From Nitrospirota bacterium (GTDB lineage Bacteria > Nitrospirota > UBA9217), in NCBI GenBank assembly GCA_035623825.1, contig DASPSR010000008.1:1-64000 (forward strand): 64,000 bases of DNA. The letters run 5' to 3'. Positions 32,660 to 40,353 of the stretch are shown here, piece by piece. The notes under the pieces were generated by a model that was not told the DNA's origin, made no database searches, and saw nothing but the letters and a program-made list of their open reading frames with translations. A program made the translations under genes and the position numbers. Every line of letters begins with the position of its first letter. Within the stretch, counting starts at the first letter, position 1.

Positions 32660-33466
32660 ATGAAAACGTTCAACGTGAAACGAACAAGGTTCAATGTGAA
32701 GGGATTCCTCGCTGTCGCCTTCTTGCTGGTCAATTTAGGAGCCGCGGGCACGGCATCTGCCATGCTCACGGCCAAGGCGAACCATGACCACATCAGCATC
32801 GACTTCTTCTATCACGGCAGCACCGTAAGCATCAAGGGAGAAGCCGACCCGGGCGTCGACCTGGTCATTAAAGTGACCGACCGCGCGGGCCATCACGTCA
32901 TGAAACAAAAAGGAAAGGTTGGCGGGCTTCTGTGGATGAACGTGGGAATGCTCAATTTCGAGCGCACGCCGAACTTCTACGCCGTCCATAGCACGAGAAA
33001 GCTCGAGGACATCTTAAGCCCGGACGAGATGGAGAAATACACCCTCGGGTATCCCGCCCTGGAAAAGCAGGTTGAGGTTACGCCGGCCGTGAACGAGGAA
33101 GAGAAGGCCAAGTGGTTTGCCGAGTTCGTAAAATACAAGGAAGCCTCAAAGGTCTATGCCTCTTCATACGGGAACATCACGACGACGGACACGAAGGACG
33201 GGCACATGGAATATTATATCCTGACGGACTGGCCCTACCAGGCGTCGCCCGGCGATTATCTCGTTACGGTCTATGCGGTCAAGAACGGCAAGGTCGTGGA
33301 ACAGGCCGAATCAAAGGTGAACGTCGAACAGGTCGGCACGGTCAAGACGCTGGCGACCATGGCCAAGAACAATGCAGCTTTCTACGGCATCCTTTCGATC
33401 GGGATCGCCTTGGGTGCTGGCTTCGGCGTGGGCATGGTGTTCAGGAAGGGCGGAGGTTCCCATTGA
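32660..33466 (+). CDS. TIGR02186-like exported protein with C-terminal TM anchor
   Basis: Signal peptide, IDFFYHG, KGKVGGLLWMN, C-terminal TM; typical partner of TauE. Confidence 0.8.
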   Translation: MKTFNVKRTRFNVKGFLAVAFLLVNLGAAGTASAMLTAKANHDHISIDFFYHGSTVSIKGEADPGVDLVIKVTDRAGHHVMKQKGKVGGLLWMNVGMLNFERTPNFYAVHSTRKLEDILSPDEMEKYTLGYPALEKQVEVTPAVNEEEKAKWFAEFVKYKEASKVYASSYGNITTTDTKDGHMEYYILTDWPYQASPGDYLVTVYAVKNGKVVEQAESKVNVEQVGTVKTLATMAKNNAAFYGILSIGIALGAGFGVGMVFRKGGGSH

Positions 33467-34329
33467 TGTTCAGCTCGATTGTAGTGGGATATGACGAGTC
33501 GCCGTCGAGCAGGGCGGCGCTCAAAGAAGCTACCCTCTGGATAAAGAACCACGGGGGACAGCTCTTCCTCGTTCACGCGGTCTACTTCGACCAGGAGGAG
33601 TTCACGACTCTGCCTTCCCAGAGGGAGAAGCGATTCGAGATCGGGACGAAAATATGTCTGGAGGCGAAGAAGAGCCTCCGCGATGAGTACGGCCTGAACG
33701 GCAGCATCGAGTCGCTCATGTGCGAGGGCGAGCCGCACGACGTGATCGTGGACATCGCCCGGGGGAAGGATGCAGACCTTATTGCTCTCGGCACCTACGG
33801 CAGGAAAGGGCTCAAGCGGCTGCTCATGGGCAGCGTGACGTCGCAAGTCATCCTGAATTCACCCTGCGATGTGCTCGTGGTCAAAAAGCCGTGCTCCCAG
33901 TGCAGCGGGAGCTACCATTCCCTGCTGGTCCCCTTCGACGGGTCCGAGATGAGCAAAAAGGCGCTGACCCGCGCCTGCGAATTGTCGAAGGTTGACGGCG
34001 CTGAGATCTCGGTCCTGTACGTGATACCCCGGTACGAGGAGATGATGGATTTCTTCAAGACCGAGAACATTAAGAAGAGTCTCTACCAGGAGGCGGAGAA
34101 GATAGTCGAGGGAGCGAAGAGGCTCGCGGCGGGGCTGGGAGTCCCGATCAAGGCGGTTGTGCAGGAAGGCCATGCCGGGGACAAGGTCGTGGAGATCGCC
34201 GACACGATTAGGCATGATCTCATCGTCGTGGGCACCCACGGATGGCGGGGCGTCAACAAGGCGATCATGGGGAGCACGGTGGAGCGAATCATTGCCTATG
34301 CCTCCTGCCCCACGCTGATCGCGAGGTAG
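33466..34329 (+). CDS. tandem universal stress protein
   Basis: Two USP domains (IVVGYDES..GTYGRKG..MGSVT; LVPFDGS..GTHG..MGSTV); TGATG overlap with the upstream gene. Confidence 0.9.
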   Translation: MFSSIVVGYDESPSSRAALKEATLWIKNHGGQLFLVHAVYFDQEEFTTLPSQREKRFEIGTKICLEAKKSLRDEYGLNGSIESLMCEGEPHDVIVDIARGKDADLIALGTYGRKGLKRLLMGSVTSQVILNSPCDVLVVKKPCSQCSGSYHSLLVPFDGSEMSKKALTRACELSKVDGAEISVLYVIPRYEEMMDFFKTENIKKSLYQEAEKIVEGAKRLAAGLGVPIKAVVQEGHAGDKVVEIADTIRHDLIVVGTHGWRGVNKAIMGSTVERIIAYASCPTLIAR

Positions 34330-34432
34330 ACGGCGCCTGGCGGCCCGGACGGTCCTTGACGAGGCGAGATGGCGGTTCGATGAACTGCGGTATCAGAAAA
34401 TCATGGCATCATGAGAAGGAGCGTGATATATT

Positions 34433-34855
34433 ATGAGAGGTTTTAGAAAGGTTCTTATCGCACTGAACGGATCCAAACAGGTCCTGGAACAGGGCATCAG
34501 GCTTGCCAAGGACGAAAAGACATGGATCACGGTCGTGAAGGTTGTCCGGCCCTTTGACGGAGAACTCAACCTGACGGGCATCAAGAACCTGGGCGATGTC
34601 CTGGACGACGGGGCCGCCGAGGCCGTTTCCGTTATCAATGAGGTAGCCGACGCCGAGGGCGCAATGGTCAAGACGCGGCTGGAATCGGGCGACGTGCCGG
34701 ACAGGATCGTGGAGGTCGCGGCTGAAGAAAAGTGCGATCTCATCATCATGGGGTCGAAGAAGAAGAAAGGCATCCTGAGCAGGCTCTTCGGCGATCATGT
34801 CGTGGAGAAGGTGATCGACCGCGCGCCCTGCCCGGTATACGTTGTCGGAGTATAG
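34433..34855 (+). CDS. universal stress protein
   Basis: DLIIMGS...LFG..V.KVI.RAPCPVYVV. Confidence 0.9.
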   Translation: MRGFRKVLIALNGSKQVLEQGIRLAKDEKTWITVVKVVRPFDGELNLTGIKNLGDVLDDGAAEAVSVINEVADAEGAMVKTRLESGDVPDRIVEVAAEEKCDLIIMGSKKKKGILSRLFGDHVVEKVIDRAPCPVYVVGV

Positions 34856-34998
34856 AGAAAAAGGGGTTTGAGTACGGCGCGACCACGGCTCTGCGCGGTC
34901 GCAGCGGGGGATTTCCGGCACGGCGCATCCGTCCGGCATCATGATGATGCAGCAGCCTGAAGCGCTTTGCCCGCAGAGCGGCTAAAAAAGGAGCAAGT

Positions 34999-35187
34999 AT
35001 GTTCGAAGGCTTGGCACAGCCAATGCACCTTATCCTGATACTGCTCATCGTTTTGATCTTCTTCGGCCCGGGGAAGCTCCCGGAGCTCGGCGAGGGCCTC
35101 GGCAAGAGCATCAAGGCGTTCAAGAAGGCGATGAAAGAGGGGCCGGACGCCCCGGCAATAGAAAAGAAAGAGGATAAGAAAGCTTAA
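34999..35187 (+). CDS. tatA: twin-arginine translocase TatA/TatE subunit
   Basis: N-terminal TM, FGPGKLPELG.GLGKSIKAFK amphipathic helix. Confidence 0.92.
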   Translation: MFEGLAQPMHLILILLIVLIFFGPGKLPELGEGLGKSIKAFKKAMKEGPDAPAIEKKEDKKA

Positions 35188-35374
35188 TCCGCGCGGGCGG
35201 GACGTTCAAAGAAGCAGCGGATGAAGAAACAGCGGCCTTAAGGGACAAGCGAACGATTGCGTGATCCTGGCAGCTTACATTCGACGGATCATTGATTCGG
35301 ACGGGCAATGCCACACGCCGAAATAGACCTCGCCAACAGCATCTACCGATTTCTCGACACGCCGGACAGATTTC

Positions 35375-35403
35375 TTTACAAAAACGATTAACCACCGTAT
35401 TAT
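35375..35403 (+). promoter_or_regulatory. candidate sigma70 promoter
   Basis: TTTACA-N17-TATTAT, 33 bp upstream of ATG 35437. Confidence 0.55.
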
Positions 35404-35436
35404 TATATAGTGAGGCAAGGTCAAGGGGCTATTTCC

Positions 35437-37089
35437 ATGATCAGGGATAAATTCAATAGACTGCTCCGTCTGGGGGTCCTCTCCGAGGTGGATCTGGACT
35501 CGATGGAGCGGGAAACGACAGCCACGGGGATAGCGGTCGAGGAGCTGATGATCCGGCAAGGGATCCCGAAACACGAGGTCCTCTTCTGCCTTTCGGAATA
35601 TTACGGCTATCCGTTCGTTGAGTTCGATGAGGACGTGGCCGCATCCTATTATCTGGTCATGCGGCTCGACCTGGAGCACCAGAAGAGCGCCCTGTGGTTT
35701 CCTCTCTCCGTGCGAGAGAAAAAAGCCGAGGTCATCGCCTGCCGTCCCGACGACGAGCGTGTGATCGAAGACATCAAGAAAACGCTCGGAGTGGAGCAGA
35801 TCGACTTCCGCGTGTCGCTTCCGACCGACCTCATCCGCATCATCGAGCATAATTTTGACGTGAACCGCAATTTCCTGATCTCCGGGGGCCGGACGCCGCT
35901 CGCGCGTGTGAGGACGTTCCTCGCCTACCAGCGGTCGACCTACGCGCATTACCGCACGCACTTCGCCAAAGGGCGGACGGGTCTCGCCTTCATACGGACC
36001 GGCGTCTCCTTCATCGTCATCGCCCTTCTGTTTTTGCGCGTCCTGGGGGCCGGGTTCTACGCGCTCCTGGAAGCACCGCTCTTCGTTGCAGGCGTCATCA
36101 TGGTCTACGACGGGATCAAATGGTATCTGCCCGCCCGGAAGGTCGCGGGCAGGCCGGTTGACGCCGCCTGCACGGATCCGACATGGGGCACCTGCGTGCT
36201 GAGCGCGGATGTGAGGGACGGCCGCCCGGTCATCACGCGGACAAAAGAGATTAAGGGGGCGGGGGAGCACAGGGCCGACTGGGAGAATCTCTCGCCCGTG
36301 ATGCGGAGAAGGTTCCTGGCCAGCGACCGGACCGATATGGCCGAGGAGCGGACGTCGCTTGCTGGTCACCGGACGAAGCTCGCCCGGGCGCGGACGGGAC
36401 TCGCCTTTACCAGGACCGGCATTGCCTTCACCGGTCTCGGCATAGCGCTGATGCGGCAGTTTGAAGCGAGCCGGTGGTCGGCGTGGTCGGTCTTGGATGT
36501 CGCGCTGATCGTCGCGGGCATTCTCATGTCCGCCGAGGGCTTTTACTGGTATTTCGGCGGGCGCAGGTCCGGGATCGAGGGCTTCCGGTCCGTCATGGCG
36601 GGACTCAACAGGGAAACGATCTGGGACCTCGTGTTTCCGCCTGGCCACAAGCGATCGGGGCCAGGCAAGGACAGGCCGGGTCCGCCGGTCACCGCGAACC
36701 AGAAGCCGGGCATCTGGGCCACGACAGGCCACGCCCTGGAACGGACGGTGCTTGCCGACCGCCGCGGCGTCATGGCAAGGCTCCGAACCGTCATGGCGGT
36801 GGCTCGGACGGGGATGGCGTACATCAGGACGGGTATGAGCATTACGTCCGTCGGCGCGGGACTGATGGCCTATTTCGGCGTCGCCTCGCCGGGCTGGACC
36901 GTCTTCAATGCCCTGCTGATCATAGGCGGGCTTCTCCTGGTCGCGGACGGGTACCGCTGGATGCTTCCCGCCGAGCGCATGAGGAAGGAGTACCCGTACT
37001 GCTACGGGGATATGGAGATAACGATTCCCGATTACGGAAGACCGAACTCTGAATGGGGAACGGTCGTTTTTAACCAATATGACGCATGA
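35437..37089 (+). CDS. MshEN/T2SSE_N-fold domain fused to three DUF202 repeats
   Basis: N-terminal GspE-N-like region (LLRLGVLS..LSEYYGYPFV..WFPL..EVIACRP); three RTG(L/M)A(F/Y)xRTG units, each followed by two TMs. Confidence 0.75.
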   Translation: MIRDKFNRLLRLGVLSEVDLDSMERETTATGIAVEELMIRQGIPKHEVLFCLSEYYGYPFVEFDEDVAASYYLVMRLDLEHQKSALWFPLSVREKKAEVIACRPDDERVIEDIKKTLGVEQIDFRVSLPTDLIRIIEHNFDVNRNFLISGGRTPLARVRTFLAYQRSTYAHYRTHFAKGRTGLAFIRTGVSFIVIALLFLRVLGAGFYALLEAPLFVAGVIMVYDGIKWYLPARKVAGRPVDAACTDPTWGTCVLSADVRDGRPVITRTKEIKGAGEHRADWENLSPVMRRRFLASDRTDMAEERTSLAGHRTKLARARTGLAFTRTGIAFTGLGIALMRQFEASRWSAWSVLDVALIVAGILMSAEGFYWYFGGRRSGIEGFRSVMAGLNRETIWDLVFPPGHKRSGPGKDRPGPPVTANQKPGIWATTGHALERTVLADRRGVMARLRTVMAVARTGMAYIRTGMSITSVGAGLMAYFGVASPGWTVFNALLIIGGLLLVADGYRWMLPAERMRKEYPYCYGDMEITIPDYGRPNSEWGTVVFNQYDA

Positions 37090-38317
37090 ACTGAAAAACG
37101 ATGACCTTTTGGACGCAGCCGTGCAGCAGGGCGTGGAATTTTCCCTTCTGGTCGAAGGGGGGCTCTTAAGCCCTGCCGCTCTCGAAGAAGCGGCAAGCAG
37201 GGCCCAGGCGAGAGGCATCGCTCTCGAAAGGGTGCTGCACAGGGAATACGGCATAGCCAAGCAGGACCTGCTCAAGGCGCTTTCCGGATACTATAAATGC
37301 GCTTCCATCGAATATGACGAAAGGTTGCCGATCCCGCCGGAACTCTTGAATCTCAGCCCCGACTCGCTCTCGACGTACCAATGGATGCCCGTCATGAAGG
37401 ACAAATCCGGCACGGTGGTCATCGCCGCGAGGAATCCCGAAAGCCAGGCGATGCGGTCGGACGTAAAAAGATTGATTGCGGCTGACAGGTTCGAGTTCCG
37501 CGTTTCGCTCGACCCTGACATCCAGTGGTACATCCAGGATTTTCTCCATGCGAAGGTGGGGCTCCTGATCGGAACTGAGCGGACGGGTCTGGCCTTCTGG
37601 CGGAACACGATGGCCCAGTGGCGCACGAGGATGGCCTGCTACCGGACCGATCTTGCGAAAGCAAGGACCGGCCTTGCCTTCATGCGGTGGGGGTTGGGCA
37701 TGATCGCGCTCTCGAACGCGCTCCTGCAATCGAAGAGCACGAGCAGCAATCCATACCTGTATTTTTCGGTGCTCATCGCGGGCATCGTCATTTCCTTTTA
37801 CGGTCTTCCCCAGTATCTGAACGTCCGGAAATCCCGGCTCACTCCTCCTGGCAACCAGACGCTGGTCGAGGTCACGGCGGCAACGATCCAATTCCTCGAA
37901 AATTATCATTTCATCGAGGGTACGGGTACGAGCCGGGAGACGCAGGGAACGATGCTTGCGCGGATGGGCGATTATCTTGCCGACCATAGCACCTATCTCA
38001 GCCCGACCCCGTCGAGCAAGACGCGCACCATGTTCGCCCGTGAGCGGAACGTATTGGCGGCCCAGCGGACGATCGCGGCCTGCTATCGCACCATCTATGC
38101 CCGGGCAAGGACCGGGCTCGCGTTCATCCGGACCGGAATCTCCTTCACGAGCATCGGCATAGGCATTTTGAGTTATTTCGGGTTCGGCCTGCTCACCTCG
38201 TTCAATATCTTGCTCATCGCAGCGGGGCTTCTGATGCTCGCGGACGGCGCGCTCTGGTACTGGCCCGTCAGAAAGGAGCAAGCGGAAATTCCGAGGGGCA
38301 TTGCTTATCCCGAGTGA
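37079..38317 (+). CDS. MshEN/T2SSE_N-fold domain fused to two DUF202 repeats
   Basis: LLVEGGLLS..LLKALSGYY..WMPV..VVIAARNP N-terminus; two RTGLAFxR units with TM pairs; overlaps the previous gene. Confidence 0.75.
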   Translation: MTHELKNDDLLDAAVQQGVEFSLLVEGGLLSPAALEEAASRAQARGIALERVLHREYGIAKQDLLKALSGYYKCASIEYDERLPIPPELLNLSPDSLSTYQWMPVMKDKSGTVVIAARNPESQAMRSDVKRLIAADRFEFRVSLDPDIQWYIQDFLHAKVGLLIGTERTGLAFWRNTMAQWRTRMACYRTDLAKARTGLAFMRWGLGMIALSNALLQSKSTSSNPYLYFSVLIAGIVISFYGLPQYLNVRKSRLTPPGNQTLVEVTAATIQFLENYHFIEGTGTSRETQGTMLARMGDYLADHSTYLSPTPSSKTRTMFARERNVLAAQRTIAACYRTIYARARTGLAFIRTGISFTSIGIGILSYFGFGLLTSFNILLIAAGLLMLADGALWYWPVRKEQAEIPRGIAYPE

Positions 38318-38463
38318 CGGGGCTCAGGGTGCGGTCCCCTGCCGAATGGGGGCTGATGTCCGCGTGAAGAGGGAATCGATACACAATCGCCCGCTGTCAT
38401 CTGTCGACCGCGAACGCCGCGTGAATCGCAGGACGGGGGCGTAATGGACTATATCCAATCAAG

Positions 38464-39903
38464 ATGAAGATCGAAAAGAAAATCATCGTTACGAACGCGA
38501 TCAACGCCGGATTGATCATCCTGATCGGCCTCTTTGCGCTTCAGAACATGAACCATGTTCTTACCAAGCTCAGGTTCGTGGAGATCGCCGACGATTTGAA
38601 CGCTTCGTTTCTGGAAATGAGGCTTTCGGAGAAGAATTATTTTCTGTACAAGGACAAGACGGCGCTTCCCGCCATCCAAAGCAACATAGAAAGGACAGCA
38701 GCAACGATCAGGGGCGTACGCGAGGATATCATCCGCGCAATCGGCGAAAGCGAACTCGCGAAGCTGACGGGCCACCTCCAGTCCTATTCGTATGTCGTCG
38801 ACGAAGCCGCGAGGGGAAATCCGAGCGACACGGAGCTTGAATCGCGGCTCCGGACCGAGGGGAAGGCGCTGAAGGAATTTTCAGAATCCATCACGAACCT
38901 TGAACGGAAGCGCGTCAACGACATCATCGCGAGTTCGAAGTACATTCTGATCTTCTCCTTCTGGGTGATCCTCGCTTTCGCGCTGCTGATAAGCCATTTT
39001 ATTTCGCAGAAGATCGTGCGGTCGCTCCGGGAAATCGAGAAGCTGGCGAAATCGATCTCCGGGGGCAATTTCCACAGGATAGAAGGGTTCCAGTCGAACG
39101 ATGAGCTCGGATCGGTCATCACGGCCATCAACTCCATGTCCGAAGAGCTCGGCCACCGCGAAGAGCAGCTCATCCAGTCCAAGAAGCTCGCATCGCTCGG
39201 CATCCTCACGGCAGGGGTGGCCCATGAGCTCACTAACCCCTTGAACAACATCTCGATGATCGCCCAGACCTATGCGGAACTGTACGACAAGCTGAGCGGC
39301 AGTGAGCGTGTAGAGTTCATGAGCAAGGTCGAGGAGGAGACGGAGCGGATTCGGAAGATCGTCAAGAACCTCCTCGATTTTTCCAAACCGAAGGACGCTC
39401 ATCCGAAGGAAGCGGACATCAACGCGGTCATCCAGAAGACGCTTACCCTGATGCAGAACATGATCGACGTCTCAAACGTCGAAACGACGGTCAATCTCTA
39501 TAGCGCATTGCCGCATGTATATGTCGATGAGCATCAGATGCAGCAGGTGCTCGTGAACCTCATCACCAACGCGGTCCAGGCCATGTCGGCGGGAGGCAGG
39601 ATCGTCATATCGTCGAGGCTCGGGAAAGGCGGGGAATCCGTCGAGGTCGGAGTGGCGGACACGGGCAAAGGCATCCCGCCCGAGTTCCTGCCGCATATCT
39701 TTGACCCCTTTTTCAGTACCAAGGGCGACGGGGGCACCGGCCTTGGGCTGTCGGTCAGTTACGGGATCATCAAGAACCATAAAGGAGACATCCGGGTGGA
39801 AAGCAAAGTGGGGGTCGGGACGACCTTCACCATCGAGCTGCCGAGGTACAATCAAACAATAGAGGAGAAGATCGATGAACAGTCACAGGATCATGGTCAT
39901 TGA
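38464..39903 (+). CDS. membrane sensor histidine kinase (HAMP)
   Basis: LEMRLSEKNYFLY, HELTNPL, PFFSTK..GTGLGL. Confidence 0.92.
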   Translation: MKIEKKIIVTNAINAGLIILIGLFALQNMNHVLTKLRFVEIADDLNASFLEMRLSEKNYFLYKDKTALPAIQSNIERTAATIRGVREDIIRAIGESELAKLTGHLQSYSYVVDEAARGNPSDTELESRLRTEGKALKEFSESITNLERKRVNDIIASSKYILIFSFWVILAFALLISHFISQKIVRSLREIEKLAKSISGGNFHRIEGFQSNDELGSVITAINSMSEELGHREEQLIQSKKLASLGILTAGVAHELTNPLNNISMIAQTYAELYDKLSGSERVEFMSKVEEETERIRKIVKNLLDFSKPKDAHPKEADINAVIQKTLTLMQNMIDVSNVETTVNLYSALPHVYVDEHQMQQVLVNLITNAVQAMSAGGRIVISSRLGKGGESVEVGVADTGKGIPPEFLPHIFDPFFSTKGDGGTGLGLSVSYGIIKNHKGDIRVESKVGVGTTFTIELPRYNQTIEEKIDEQSQDHGH

Positions 39904-40243
39904 CGACGAAAAGATCGTGGGCGACATGGCAAAGCTGTCGCTCGGGCAGGAAGGCTACATTGTCGAGACCTTCCTCAATGCCGAGCCGGCGCTGGCGAGG
40001 CTCAAAGAGGAGAAATTCAATGTCGTCGTCACCGACTACAAGATGAAGGGCATAGACGGCATGGAGGTCCTGCGGACGGTGAAGAAGCTGTACCCCGAGA
40101 CCAAGGTCATCATGATCACTGCCTTCGCCAACCTCGATGCGGCCATCGAGGCCCTTCGGGGTGACGTGCACGACTTTTTCCCCAAGCCCGTAAAGATCAA
40201 GGAGCTGAAGGAATCCATACGGCGCGCGCTGAGCAAGCCCTAG
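39875..40243 (+). CDS. single-domain response regulator (receiver only)
   Basis: VIDDE, TDYKM, MITAF and PKP receiver motifs; no output domain. Confidence 0.92.
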   Translation: MNSHRIMVIDDEKIVGDMAKLSLGQEGYIVETFLNAEPALARLKEEKFNVVVTDYKMKGIDGMEVLRTVKKLYPETKVIMITAFANLDAAIEALRGDVHDFFPKPVKIKELKESIRRALSKP

Positions 40244-40353
40244 CGCCCGATCAGCCCAGAGCGGTGCGCGGACGCTGGGCGGTCCGGCATGAATGCATGC
40301 GGGACGCCTTGGTGCAAAGACGTCTCACCCGCTCCGGTGAATAGGATCAGAAC

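Noticed and set aside
33112-33465. N-terminal extension of the tandem USP ORF
   Set aside because: Overlaps the TIGR02186 gene in another frame; the real start is the TGATG-coupled ATG at 33466
35275-37275. 666-aa minus-strand ORF
   Set aside because: Antisense shadow of the MshEN-DUF202 genes; Pro/Arg-rich, no motifs; expected in high-GC DNA
35437-38317. Type II secretion/type IV pilus ATPase (GspE/PilB)
   Set aside because: No Walker A/B ATPase domain and no other T2SS/T4P genes nearby
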